A stretch of DNA of 64,000 nt from an uncultured delta proteobacterium (GCA_963767925.1 CAVYGB010000002.1:864001-928000), one strand, 5' to 3'; shown: positions 50,923-62,103, counted from the stretch's first letter. Made by a program: numbers and translations. The notes: generated by a model from the letters alone, not told the origin.

Positions 50923-51459
50923 ATGTCGGTCAGCCTCCAGCATCGCCAGGTCCTGCCCGCGGGCTCCGGGCCGGTCGCCGAGGTCCCCGGACGTCCCGCG
51001 GTCCCCAAGCGAGCGATCCCGCCCGGGACCGAGACGCGCCCGCGCCTGCTGCTGCGGCCCATGCTGCGCGTCCGCCGCATCAGCCTGTTCGAGCGCGAGG
51101 TGCGCGAGCGCCTGTCGCGCGCCGCCCTCGACCTGGTCTTCGCCGGCGCCGCCACCATGTCCGAGGGGCAGCGCTCGGCCCGCAACGGGCGCGAGGTGTT
51201 CTTCGGATCGACCATGTTGACCGTCGAGCTCGACGTCCTGGTGGGGGCTCTGCGCGACGCCTGCGACGCCTCCTCGGCCCAGCGGATGGCCGGCCTGCTG
51301 GCCAGCGACAGCGGCGCCCTCGGGCGCATCCGGGCCATCGCCGCCACCGAGGCCGAGCGCCTGCTGGGCACCCGCCCCGAGTCGGTCACCACCGAGATCC
51401 GGGTCCGCGCCCGCGGCACCACCGTCTACGTCGACGTCGACGTCGAGGCCGCGCTCTGA
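50923..51459 (+). CDS. Hypothetical protein (start uncertain, 50923 or 51061)
   Basis: GC3-rich codons; TGATG coupling to the next gene. Confidence 0.55.
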   Translation: MSVSLQHRQVLPAGSGPVAEVPGRPAVPKRAIPPGTETRPRLLLRPMLRVRRISLFEREVRERLSRAALDLVFAGAATMSEGQRSARNGREVFFGSTMLTVELDVLVGALRDACDASSAQRMAGLLASDSGALGRIRAIAATEAERLLGTRPESVTTEIRVRARGTTVYVDVDVEAAL

Positions 51460-52382
51460 TGGCGGCCGCCGCTTCATCGGGCTACGGCTTCGGGGCGGCG
51501 GCGGCCATCCTCGGCATCAGCGAGAGCCGCCTGCGCTACTGGTCGCAGATCGGCTTCGTGGGCCCCTCGCGCCGCGAAGGCGGCAAGCAGGTCTACAGCT
51601 TCCAGGACCTCGCCGCGGTCAAGGCCGCGCGCGAGCTGATGGACCGCGGCTTCACCCCCAACGACATCCGCAAGGCGCTGGAGAAGGTGCGGACCCAGCT
51701 CCCCGACATGGATCGCCCGCTCGAGCACCTGCGCGTCGCCTTCGACGGCAAGGAGCTCCTGCTCGTCGAGGAGGGCGGCGCCTTCTCCCTGTCGGGCCAG
51801 CGCGTGTTCGACTTCGGCCTGGGCGAGCTGCGCGCGCGGGCCTCGGGCTGGGGCCGCACCACGCCCCTGGCCGCCGAGAGCGCCAAGGCCACCACCGGCA
51901 CCGACCACGCCGGCACGCCCTACGGCTGGTTCCAGGAGGGCCTGCGCTACGAGACGGAGGGCCGCGAGGACAGCGCCGCCGGCGCCTACCGGCGCGCGCT
52001 CGAGCTCGACCCCGGCCTGGCCGCCGCCCACACCAACCTCGGCGCCCTGGCCCACCGGCGCGGCAACACCGCCGAGGCGCGGGCCTGCTTCCAGGCGGCG
52101 CTGGCCCTCGACCCCGATCAGCCCGAAGCCCGCTACGACCTGGCCCACCTGCTGATCGAGGCGGGCGAGCTGGAGCTGGCCGCCGCCGAGCTGCGCCGGG
52201 TGCTCGAGCTGGTGCCCGACAGCGCCGACACCCACTTCAACCTCGGCATGGCGCTCGAGGCGCTCGGCAGCCGCAAGCAGGCGCGCGAGCACCTGGGCCG
52301 CTACCTCGAGCTGGCCACCCCCGCCACGCTCACCGAGCCGTGGGCCAGCGCCGCGCGCACGCGCGTCCAGCGCCTGGCCTGA
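51459..52382 (+). CDS. MerR-family HTH + TPR protein
   Basis: AAAILGISESRLRYW...YSFQDL; TPRs AYRRALELDP, AHTNLG, HFNLG. Confidence 0.85.
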   Translation: MAAAASSGYGFGAAAAILGISESRLRYWSQIGFVGPSRREGGKQVYSFQDLAAVKAARELMDRGFTPNDIRKALEKVRTQLPDMDRPLEHLRVAFDGKELLLVEEGGAFSLSGQRVFDFGLGELRARASGWGRTTPLAAESAKATTGTDHAGTPYGWFQEGLRYETEGREDSAAGAYRRALELDPGLAAAHTNLGALAHRRGNTAEARACFQAALALDPDQPEARYDLAHLLIEAGELELAAAELRRVLELVPDSADTHFNLGMALEALGSRKQAREHLGRYLELATPATLTEPWASAARTRVQRLA

Positions 52383-52485
52383 GCGCGCGCACCTTCCGTC
52401 GCGCTCGCCGCTCACCCGCGGGAGCGCTGCTGCAGATCCCCGCCGCGCTCTATCCGCCCCTCGCGCGAGCGCGCCGCCACAACCT

Positions 52486-52665
52486 TCAGTCGCGCTCGAC
52501 GCTCACCTGCACCTCCCCTTCGGCGTCGGTGTACACACGAACCGACCAGGGCCGACAGCAGACCCCGCAGTCCTCGACGAACGTCTGGACTCCGGGCTCC
52601 TCGGTCGGGTCGATCTCGAGGGTGCCTGGCTCACCGCAATAGGGGCACTGGAAAGAGGCGTCCAA
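52486..52665 (-). CDS. CPXCG-motif cysteine-rich protein (59 aa, below ORF-track cutoff)
   Basis: MDASFQCPYCGE...QTFVEDCGVCCRPW...ERD*; TTG start. Confidence 0.8.
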   Translation of the reverse strand: MDASFQCPYCGEPGTLEIDPTEEPGVQTFVEDCGVCCRPWSVRVYTDAEGEVQVSVERD

Positions 52666-52708
52666 AGGAAAACGAGGATAGGGTACCCTGGATCGTCTAA
52701 CTTTGCTT

Positions 52709-53482
52709 ATGCCGGGGCGGGAGTTTACGCAAGACGTCGTCCGACGTCGCTTCTGGAGGGGTCAGCTCCTCGCGGCCACCCTGTCTCTCGGCGCCACCTC
52801 CATCGTGTTCGCCTTGTTGCCAGCTCAGACCGAGGGAGCCGCCGCCCGCCCCGACCGGGTGCTGGTGCCTGCCGGCCCGTTCACGCGCGGCTCGACCCGC
52901 GCCCTCGACGAGCGACCGGTCGAGACCAAACGCCTGCGCGCGTTTCGCATCGACCGCACCGAGATCACGCGCGCGATGTACGCCCGCTGTGTGGCCGCCC
53001 GCCGCTGCAAGGCTCCCCCCATCGATCTCGCCGAGCAGCCCGACCTGCCGGTCACCCACGTCTCCTGGCACGACGCCCGCGCCTACTGCACGTTCGCGCG
53101 CGGGCGGCTGCCCAGCGAGGACGAGTGGGAGAAGGCCGCCCGCGGGACCGACGCGCGCGAGTTTCCCTGGGGCGCCGCCGCCGAATGCAGCCGCGCCAAC
53201 TGGGGCAACTTCGACGGTGAAGGACCGTGTTCCAGCTCGAACCCTGGACGCCCTGTGCCAGTCGGGACATATCCGAGCGGAGCCAGTCCTTACGGGATCC
53301 AGGACCTCGGCGGGAATGTCTGGGAGTGGGTGGAGAGCCCTTACGCGGACGAGCCGGGCCGTCGTATGGTGAGAGGCGGTTCCTGCTGCAGCTACTTCGT
53401 GGAGCCTCGGGCCGCCAACCGCAACGGCTGGGCCCCCGAGCACCGAGACGCCGACCTGGGATTTCGATGCGTATCCAAATAG
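52709..53482 (+). CDS. Formylglycine-generating enzyme (FGE-sulfatase/SUMF1) domain protein
   Basis: IDRTEIT, RLPSEDEWEKAARG, DLGGNVWEW, RGGS, LGFRC. Confidence 0.9.
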   Translation: MPGREFTQDVVRRRFWRGQLLAATLSLGATSIVFALLPAQTEGAAARPDRVLVPAGPFTRGSTRALDERPVETKRLRAFRIDRTEITRAMYARCVAARRCKAPPIDLAEQPDLPVTHVSWHDARAYCTFARGRLPSEDEWEKAARGTDAREFPWGAAAECSRANWGNFDGEGPCSSSNPGRPVPVGTYPSGASPYGIQDLGGNVWEWVESPYADEPGRRMVRGGSCCSYFVEPRAANRNGWAPEHRDADLGFRCVSK

Positions 53483-55521
53483 GCGCCCACCTGCTGATCG
53501 TCGCGCTCTCCGCGACGTCTGCCGCGGAAGCGGCGGCGGTGGAGTCGTGGTCCGGACGCGCCTCGGGAGCGGTGGTGGCGGCGCGCCGCCTGCCCTCGCG
53601 GCGGGCGACCCAGCCGATCGGCAAGAGCCGTCCGGCGGCCGGCAACGAGCAGGGCGAGCGGCTCGCCACCGCGGTGTTGCCCCGCGAGGTCAACCCGGGC
53701 GCCGAGAGCACCCCCCTCGAGATCCCCGATCCCAACGACCCCGCCCGCGACCGCATCTTGCGCCTGCAGGAGCAGCTCAGCGGCATCGTCGACGGGCCGG
53801 TGCTGGGCGGCGTGCGGGTCGGCATGCGCGTGATCGACGCCGCCACCGGGCGCACCTTCTTCCGGCGGGGCGGGACCACCTTGATGGACCCCGCCTCCAA
53901 CCAGAAGGTGCTCGCCACCACCGCGGCGCTGATGCGCCTGGGCGCCGGGTTTCGCTTCCGCACCGAGCTGACGGGCCCGGTGCCCGACGGCAACGGCGTC
54001 ATCACCGGCGACGTCACCCTGCGCGGCATGGGCGACCCGGACCTGCGCATGGTCGACCTCGAGTCGCTCGGCACCGCCCTGGCCGCCCGGGGCGTCCTGC
54101 GCATCGAGGGCGGCGTCCTCGCCGACCCGCGCCGCCTGGGGGCCAGCGAGACCCACCCCGACGAGCGCACGCCCCTGCGCATCAGCCGCACCTTCGTCAA
54201 CATCCGGGTGCGCCCCAGCCTCGACGGGCTGCCCCCCCTGGTCACAATCAAGCCCGACCTGGACGCTTACGTGATCCGCAACCGCGCCGTCACCGGCGGC
54301 CGCGGGCGGGGCCTGCGCCTCAGCATGACCGCCGCCGGCGATAACCGTATCGTCATCGAGCTGTCGGGGCGCATCTCCCCGATGCACCCCGGCCTGGTGA
54401 TGCGGCGGATCGCGCCCGACCAGCGGCTGTTCACCGCCGCCCTGCTGCGCCGGGTGCTGATCGAGGCGGGCATCGAGGTGCGCGACCCGGCGCGGGCCCT
54501 CGACCCGCTGAAGCTGGAGAAGACCCCGGCGCGCGACAAGTCCGAGACCATGCTGGCGGTGCACCAGTCCGAGCCGCTCTCGGTCCTGATCCGCCGCATC
54601 AACAAGGACTCCGACAACGAGTGGGCCGACCGCCTGCTCGACGTCGTCGGCGCCGAGCTGTTCGGCGGCCCCGCCACCATCGATAAAGGGCTGCGGGCGC
54701 TGCGCGAGGCGATGGACGAGCTGGGGCTGCCTCGCGACAGCTACGTGCCCAGCAACGGATCGGGCCTGGGCCACGCCAACCGGCTCACCGCCGACGCCCT
54801 GGCCGAGCTGCTGCACAAGATCTACCTCGACCCGCGCTGGGGACCGGAGATCCTGCAGTCGCTCTCGGTGGGTGGGGTCGACGGCACCACCCGCAACCGC
54901 TTCCGCGGCTCGCCCGCCGCCGAACGGGTGCGGGCCAAGACCGGCACGCTGAGCGGCAAGTCCTGCATCTCGGGCTACGTCGGCGACGGGCACGAGGTGC
55001 TGGTGTTCTCCATCTTCGTCGATGGCATCCGCAACCGGCGCTTCACCACCATGGCGGTGCGCGCCGCCCAGGTCAGCGCGGTCAACGCCATGATGCGCTT
55101 CGCGCGCGGCGTGGTCGGCGCCCCGGGCGAGGAGATCGAGCCCGGCGTCGACTTCGAGGTGGGCGACGAGGTCGTCGAGGCCGACGTGGAGGAGAAGCCC
55201 CCCGAGGCCGGCGGTGGCCCCGGCGTCGCCACCCCCGTCACCCCTCCTCCCGCCACCGTCTCTCCCGGCCGGTCCCTGGTCGAGCCCCCCGCCCGCGCCG
55301 CCCCCGAGAATCGCTCGCGCGACCCCCGCGACCGCCGCCCCTCGCGCGTCCCCGACACCTACCGCCCCGCCCCCATCGAGCCCGAGGTCGACCTCCCCGA
55401 AGAGACCGACCTCCCCGCCCCGACCCCCATCCGCCGCCTCCCGCCGTACTCCGGCAACCGCCGCGGCAGCTCGAGCCTCCTGCAAGACTCCAGCTCCGCC
55501 GCCGCCGCCGCCCGCCGCTAG
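53467..55521 (+). CDS. dacB: D-Ala-D-Ala carboxypeptidase/endopeptidase (PBP4, S13), second paralog
   Basis: PASNQK, SDN, NGSGL, KTGTL; Pro-rich tail. Confidence 0.9.
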   Translation: MRIQIGAHLLIVALSATSAAEAAAVESWSGRASGAVVAARRLPSRRATQPIGKSRPAAGNEQGERLATAVLPREVNPGAESTPLEIPDPNDPARDRILRLQEQLSGIVDGPVLGGVRVGMRVIDAATGRTFFRRGGTTLMDPASNQKVLATTAALMRLGAGFRFRTELTGPVPDGNGVITGDVTLRGMGDPDLRMVDLESLGTALAARGVLRIEGGVLADPRRLGASETHPDERTPLRISRTFVNIRVRPSLDGLPPLVTIKPDLDAYVIRNRAVTGGRGRGLRLSMTAAGDNRIVIELSGRISPMHPGLVMRRIAPDQRLFTAALLRRVLIEAGIEVRDPARALDPLKLEKTPARDKSETMLAVHQSEPLSVLIRRINKDSDNEWADRLLDVVGAELFGGPATIDKGLRALREAMDELGLPRDSYVPSNGSGLGHANRLTADALAELLHKIYLDPRWGPEILQSLSVGGVDGTTRNRFRGSPAAERVRAKTGTLSGKSCISGYVGDGHEVLVFSIFVDGIRNRRFTTMAVRAAQVSAVNAMMRFARGVVGAPGEEIEPGVDFEVGDEVVEADVEEKPPEAGGGPGVATPVTPPPATVSPGRSLVEPPARAAPENRSRDPRDRRPSRVPDTYRPAPIEPEVDLPEETDLPAPTPIRRLPPYSGNRRGSSSLLQDSSSAAAAARR

Positions 55522-55691
55522 CTTGCCTGGGCCGCGCCGCCGCGGTTACCGGAGGGGCCTGAAGGGGCAGAATTGGACGCTCGAACATCCTCGATCGGTT
55601 TCGACTTCCCGAGCGCCAGGCACAGCCGTCGTAGCTGCGACGCGCGTTTCAAGCGCGCTGTTACCGACCTGGACGACATGTCTATCTTCAT
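55518..55691 (-). CDS. Small partner protein of a nucleotidyltransferase (57 aa, not in ORF track)
   Basis: MKIDMSSRSVTARLKRASQLRRLCLAL...; starts 3 nt after the NTase-fragment stop. Confidence 0.55.
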   Translation of the reverse strand: MKIDMSSRSVTARLKRASQLRRLCLALGKSKPIEDVRASNSAPSGPSGNRGGAAQAS

Positions 55692-55694
55692 GAG

Positions 55695-55825
55695 TCAGCT
55701 TCCCTGAAGGCGCTTGATGTCGTCCTGATCCTGGCCCGAACCGCGAAGCTTCTTCAGCGCAACCAACCCGTCTCGCGACACGGTCCAGATCTCCCCGCGT
55801 TCCCAGCCGATCCTATCTTGCTGGC
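55695..55825 (-). pseudogene. C-terminal fragment of a nucleotidyltransferase-family protein
   Basis: WTVSRDGLVALKKLRGSGQDQDDIKRL resembles the C-terminal K...R.QD..D motif; no catalytic N-terminal half. Confidence 0.55.
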
Positions 55826-55932
55826 GGGCGGTGTTCGCCTCGCCTTGCGGTCGATGGAGTTCGGGCTGGAGGCGGCGGCGCCGGGTGAGCGTGGAGAGGC
55901 AATCGGCGGAGGGGGAACGGCGGAGCCGCTCC

Positions 55933-56150
55933 GAACAGGTAAGGGGGGCTGAAGATCTCGACGTCGGGGTGGTCGACGGCGCAGTTGTCGCTCGACGAGC
56001 AGAGCCCGCCGCCGCCGACCATGACCCGCCCGTCGGCCAGCAACAGCGCGACCGAGTGGTACGGCCGCGCCTTGACCATCGGCGAGAGCTCCGTCGTTGT
56101 TCCAGGTGTAGATGCTGGTGGTCTTCGTGTAGCTGTCGTCGCCGCCGCGG
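55933..56150 (-). pseudogene. Galactose/glyoxal oxidase-like fragment
   Basis: RPYHSVALLLADGRVMVGGGGLC...EIFSPPYLF (copper radical oxidase YHS motif) plus GGDDSYTKTTSIY in another frame. Confidence 0.7.
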
Positions 56151-56199
56151 GCGCCGAGGGGGTCGTCCGGCACCGGGCGGCCTGCGCACCCGGAGCGGC

Positions 56200-56690
56200 G
56201 GCGGGGGAGGTGCGGGGGGCACCTGCCCAGCTCTACCGCTCGACCGACGGCGGGCAGACCTGGCTGCCGCCCCGACCCTCGGGCTCGCGCGGCCCGCGCT
56301 ACCGCTGCCTCGCCTATCGGGATGGCCTGCTGCACGCCTGCGCCGGCGGAACCCCCAACGGCGACGACTTCCTGCTCGGCACCTCCGGCGACGACGGCGC
56401 CTCGTGGTCACCGGTGATGACCGTCGAGGCGCTGGTGGGGCCCGAGCCGTGCCATCGCGCGAGCTGCGCGACGACGGAGGCCTGGCTGTGCGCGGTTCAC
56501 GACCGCTGCGACGGGGTGTCCGTTCCTCCATCGCGGCCCGATGCGGGGACGGCGCCGCCTGCGCCCGGGGGCGGACGCAGCTGCACGAGCGGAGGACCCG
56601 GCGGGCCGGGCCACGCGCGCGGAGCGCTTGCGCCTCTCCTGCTCGCCCTCAGCGCTGTCGCGCGGAGAAAGCGCCACCTGCACACGCCGT
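56200..56690 (+). pseudogene. C-terminal fragment of a BNR/Asp-box, MYXO-CTERM-like protein
   Basis: YRSTDGGQTW and SGDDGASW Asp-boxes; SC...LLLALSAVARRKR tail; no start or signal peptide. Confidence 0.55.
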
Positions 56691-56719
56691 CGGGCGCCGC
56701 TGAACATCGCACGGCTCGA

Positions 56720-56908
56720 CCGGAGACCCCTCACCCCCACCCTCTCCCCGCTTCGCGGGGCGGGGGCGAACGATTGGCAAGCTGCCTCAATCTCCGTCCG
56801 AGCGAGGGAATCCTGGGCGCGGATTTGACCCGAATCTTTTGGCTCCCCACCGCCGTTCGCCCTCGCCCCGCGGCAGCCGGGAGAAGGAGGGGTGAGGGGT
56901 CTCCGGCG
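56720..56908. repeat. Inverted pair of REP-like elements (BIME/REPIN-like)
   Basis: 56720-56770 and the reverse complement of 56856-56908 share CCGGAGACCCCTCACCCC...CCC...GCGGGGCG.GGGCGAA. Confidence 0.75.
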
Positions 56909-57030
56909 TGGGCTTCGCCGGCCAGCGGTCCAGGCTGGGGCGCGCGGACGTGCCGGGCGCGCGCTCGCGGGGACGGGGACTGAAACGCGAACGGCCACGC
57001 GGGGGGCGTGGCCGTTGGTGCCAGCGATGT

Positions 57031-57212
57031 GCTGGCCGCGAGGGGCGTGCGCCCCGGCGCCCCTGAGGGCGCGGGACTACACCTCGGCGGTGGTTGAGGT
57101 GCTGGCCGCGAGGGTTGCGCCCCGGCGCCCCTGAGGGCGCGGGACTACACCTCGGCGGTGGTTGAGGTGCTGGCCGCGAGGGTTGCGCCCCGGCGCCCCT
57201 GAGGGCGCGGGA

Positions 57213-57238
<26 letters not shown>
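57031..57238. repeat. 68-bp tandem repeat x3 including the metK stop codon
   Basis: Units start at 57031, 57101 and 57169; the last two are identical. Confidence 0.92.
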
Positions 57239-58490
<1,252 letters not shown>

Positions 58491-58830
58491 TTCGGCTCTC
58501 CTGGGGATGTCGGAACTCGGGAGGGAGGCGAAGTTTCCCAATCCCGGAGGAAGACGTCAATCGAATGCGCCTCGGGTCGGGCGGGTGGCGACCATGGTAG
58601 CGCATCCTTCTGCTCACGGAGCACGCATCATCGCCAGGCCTCGCACGGCGAGCCATCCGATCGACTGCGCCACCGTCGGAAAAAGCTGCGCGCGGCTGCG
58701 CGCCCGCCGTCCCTCGCGCCATCCTCGCGGCGCCACGATTGGCGCCCGTTGTAGGACGACGTGGGAGCTGCTACTCGGCGCGCAATCTACCCGGGAGTCA
58801 CCCTCAGGTGCGCAGGCCGCACGGTCGCGA

Positions 58831-60525
58831 TCAGAAGCGCCCCCGCGCCCCCAGCGCGGGCAAGGCGCGCAGCCGCCCGTCGGGGCCCGGGACCGGGATC
58901 ACCGTCGGAACCGGGATGAGCGCGGCGGGGCTGCGCTCGGGCGGCGGCGTCTGGCCGCTGTCGTAGTGCCGGGTCAGCAGCCAGCCGGCCGCCAGCCCCA
59001 CCCCGGCGCCCAGCAGCGCGATCTGGGCGGTGGGCCGGGCGTTGCCCGACACGAACTCGCAGGGCTGGTCGCCCGCGCTCTGCAGGCACTGGCCCACGAT
59101 CTTGACGAGGGCGCCCGCGATGCCGCCGGCGGCGGTCGCGAGGTCGACCAGCATCACCCGCCGCCAGGTCGGCCCGTAGGCCGTCTGGTCGGGCAGGTAG
59201 GCCAGCGCCAGCCCGGCGCCGAGCCCGAGGTTCAGCCCGGCCAGGATCACGGCCGCCGAGTGGCGGGCCTTCAGCTGGAAGGCCGGCACCGCCAGCGCCC
59301 CCGCCAGCGCGCCCATGGCCGCCGCGCTCTGGATGACCGCTCCGCGCCCGTAGTTGGGGGCGTACCCGTCGAGGAACCGCCCCGCCACCGCCCCCAGCCC
59401 CAGGCCGAGCGCGCCCCCCATCCAGGCCGAAGCGGTGGTGTGGCGGATGGTCACGCCGAGGGTCGCGCCCTCGACCGCGCCGATCCAGGCCCCCCCGATC
59501 CGGAACAGCGCCAGGTTGTCCCGGATGTAGCCGGGCACGAACGCCGTCGAGGTCAGGGCTCCCGCCACGCCCCCCACCAGCGCCGCCCCCACCACCACGG
59601 TGGCCGAGGCGCCGACCGACGCCGCGGTGGGGTTGGTGCGGTCGGCCTGGCTCAACCAGGCGCCCACCCCGGCGCCGCCCGCCACCGCGCCGGCGGCCGT
59701 CCAGAAGCCGATCAGCTCGGGCCGGCCCGAGCGCTGCACGTAGTTGAGACGAAAGTCGATCGGCGGCCCGCCCGGCATCACCTGGAAGGTCTGGCTGCGG
59801 CTCTGGTAGTTGGTGGCCTCGGCGTAGACCTCGTACGAGCCGGGCTCGACGTCCTGCAGGTAGGGGTTGCGGGCGCGGTTGCCGCGCACGTAGAGGGTGG
59901 CGCCCGGCGGATCGGTGCGGATCTCGAGGCGGGCGGGCTGCCGCTCGAGCGAGAAGTAATAGGGCCGGGTCTCGACGCTCTCGATGGCCAGCTCGCGGGT
60001 CTCGGTGACGTATTTGGACCTGCTCAGGGTCAGGCGCCAGCGGCCGGCGGCCACCGGGAACTCGCCGGGGGCCTGGCCGCGCAGCGGTGGGTCGGCGCCG
60101 TCGAGCCGCTCGAGCAGGACGTCGACCTCGTCGGGCACTGTCGTGATGACGAGGAGGCCCTTGCGGCGGCTCATGGCCTCGATGCGCTGGCGGGCGGTCT
60201 CGGCCAGCGGGCCGGTGCGAACGTGTTTGAGGTACTCCTCGTAGTGGTCGCGCGCCTGCTTGAACAGGCCCAGGTGGTATTCGCAGTGGCCCATCATGGC
60301 CAGGTTCTCGGGGCGAGGGGCCAGCTCGTGGGCGAGCTGGAAGTGGATGAGCGCCTGCTGCAGGCCCTGCCCCTTGTCCCCGTATTCGAACAGGCGGAGC
60401 CCGTCGCGGTAGTGATCGCGCGCGCGCGTCTCGCTCGAGCCGCGGCGGGGGCGTTCGGCGCTGCCCGCCGAAGGGGCCTGCGCCTGCGACAGGATGAGGA
60501 GCCACACCGCCAGAACCGAGCTCAA
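58831..60525 (-). CDS. TPR + PEGA domain membrane protein
   Basis: Signal, TPR (FQLAHELAP...HYEEYL), two PEGA-like repeats (EIRTDPPGATLYV), Gly-rich TM C-terminus ending RGRF. Confidence 0.78.
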   Translation of the reverse strand: MSSVLAVWLLILSQAQAPSAGSAERPRRGSSETRARDHYRDGLRLFEYGDKGQGLQQALIHFQLAHELAPRPENLAMMGHCEYHLGLFKQARDHYEEYLKHVRTGPLAETARQRIEAMSRRKGLLVITTVPDEVDVLLERLDGADPPLRGQAPGEFPVAAGRWRLTLSRSKYVTETRELAIESVETRPYYFSLERQPARLEIRTDPPGATLYVRGNRARNPYLQDVEPGSYEVYAEATNYQSRSQTFQVMPGGPPIDFRLNYVQRSGRPELIGFWTAAGAVAGGAGVGAWLSQADRTNPTAASVGASATVVVGAALVGGVAGALTSTAFVPGYIRDNLALFRIGGAWIGAVEGATLGVTIRHTTASAWMGGALGLGLGAVAGRFLDGYAPNYGRGAVIQSAAAMGALAGALAVPAFQLKARHSAAVILAGLNLGLGAGLALAYLPDQTAYGPTWRRVMLVDLATAAGGIAGALVKIVGQCLQSAGDQPCEFVSGNARPTAQIALLGAGVGLAAGWLLTRHYDSGQTPPPERSPAALIPVPTVIPVPGPDGRLRALPALGARGRF

Positions 60526-60669
60526 GGCGCGGCGAGCTTAGCCGATCGTCGAAACGCCGCCAGCGCCGCCGGGGAACCCGCGGGAGGGCCAGGGTCCGGG
60601 CCGCTTCTTCGCGTCGCGGGGTGGTTGGCCGACGGCAACACGCCGGCGGGAACGCCGCTCGAACGCCGG

Positions 60670-62103
60670 TCAGGGTGGCTTCTTCGGGTCGTAGGGGTTG
60701 GCCTGCGGCAACACGTCGCCGAGGCCGCCGCGTGGGGGCTCGGCCTTGGACCGGCGCTTGCTCCGGGTGATCCCGCGCTTGCCGGTGGGCCGCGGGGCGC
60801 CGCTGGCGGTCGCGGCGCCGGAGGCCGCGCCCGCGGGGGCGGCGATCGGCGGGCCCTGGGCAGCGGGCGTTCCCGGCGGCGAGGCGGGAACAGCGCCCGG
60901 CTGGGCCAGCGCCGGCGGCGCGGTCGACGGCGGGCTGGTGGCGGCGGGCGCGCCCGGGGTGCTCTGACGGCGCTGGAGGTTCTGCTCCTCGGCGGCCCGG
61001 TTGCGGGCCTCCTCCTCGGTGCGGGCCAGCGCCAGGGCCAGGCCGACCCCGACGATCACGATGGCCCCGATGCCGAGGTGCCAGCGCGCGCCGACCTTCA
61101 CCGGCTCGACCGCCGGGGTCAGCTCCGAGATCGGCAGGCCCACGTTGGGGTCGCCGGCGAGCAGGCGGTCGAGGTCGCGCTCGAGCTCGCCCATCGATTG
61201 ATAGCGCTTGTCGCGGTCCTTCTCCATGGCCCGCATCACGAGGGCCTCGACCGCCGGGGGGATGCCCAGCTCGGGCCGCAGGCGCGAGGGGGGCATCACG
61301 TCCTGGGTGAGCACCTGCGAGATGACGGCCAGGTAGTTGTTGGCCCGGAAGGGGACCTCGCCGGTCAGGCACTCGTAGAGCATCACGCCCATCGCCCAGA
61401 TGTCGGCGCGGGCGTCGACGTCCTCGCCGCCGCGGGCCTGCTCGGGCGACATGTAGAGGGGCGTGCCCAGCACCATCCCGGTGCGGGTCAGGCGCATGAG
61501 GTCCACCCCGCCCTCGTCGCGCGTGCGCACCGCCTTGGACACGCCGAAGTCGACCACCTTGACGAAGTCCTGCTCGCCCCGGCGCAGCAGGAAGACGTTC
61601 TCCGGCTTCACGTCGCGGTGGACGATCCCCTTGCCGTGGGCCGCCTCGAGCGCGCTCGCCACCTGGCGGGCGATGCGCAGGCAGCGTTCGACGGCGAGGG
61701 GCGCGTCGCGGATGACCACCTGGGCGAGCGACTCGCCCTCCAGGAACTCCATCACGACGAAGGCGCGCCCGTCGGCGGTGGTGCCGAAGTCGGTGACGTC
61801 GACGATGTTCTCGTGGCCGATGGCGCTCGCCAGGCGGGCTTCCTGCAGGAGCCGGGCGACCAGCTCGGTCTTGTCGTGGAACTTCTCGAGCAAGACCTTC
61901 ACCGCCACCGGGCGCCCGAGCACGGTGTGGCGGCCCTCGTAGACCGCGCCCATGCCCCCCTCGCCGATGCGGCGGACGATCTCGTAGCGGTCGGCCAGCA
62001 CGATCCCCAGCAGCGGGTCGGAGGCCAGGGCGACGGAGGGCCCGGGAGCGGGCACGGTCACGCCGACCTTTGTGGCGGCGGGGTCATCCTCGGGGGAGGC
62101 CAT
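60670..62103 (-). CDS. Hanks-type Ser/Thr protein kinase with TM
   Basis: IGEGGMGAVY, VAVK, HRDVKPEN, DFG, GTPLYMSPEQ, DIWAMG. Confidence 0.95.
   Translation of the reverse strand: MASPEDDPAATKVGVTVPAPGPSVALASDPLLGIVLADRYEIVRRIGEGGMGAVYEGRHTVLGRPVAVKVLLEKFHDKTELVARLLQEARLASAIGHENIVDVTDFGTTADGRAFVVMEFLEGESLAQVVIRDAPLAVERCLRIARQVASALEAAHGKGIVHRDVKPENVFLLRRGEQDFVKVVDFGVSKAVRTRDEGGVDLMRLTRTGMVLGTPLYMSPEQARGGEDVDARADIWAMGVMLYECLTGEVPFRANNYLAVISQVLTQDVMPPSRLRPELGIPPAVEALVMRAMEKDRDKRYQSMGELERDLDRLLAGDPNVGLPISELTPAVEPVKVGARWHLGIGAIVIVGVGLALALARTEEEARNRAAEEQNLQRRQSTPGAPAATSPPSTAPPALAQPGAVPASPPGTPAAQGPPIAAPAGAASGAATASGAPRPTGKRGITRSKRRSKAEPPRGGLGDVLPQANPYDPKKPP

Noticed and set aside
48861..52382. 1173-aa ORF
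   Set aside because: Shadow frame of the DUF2723 gene; only 51459-52382 is protein-like
58491..58640. SAM riboswitch upstream of metK
   Set aside because: No recognisable SAM-I/II/IV elements; a TTGACG-N17-GAAACT promoter-like motif leaves only a short leader
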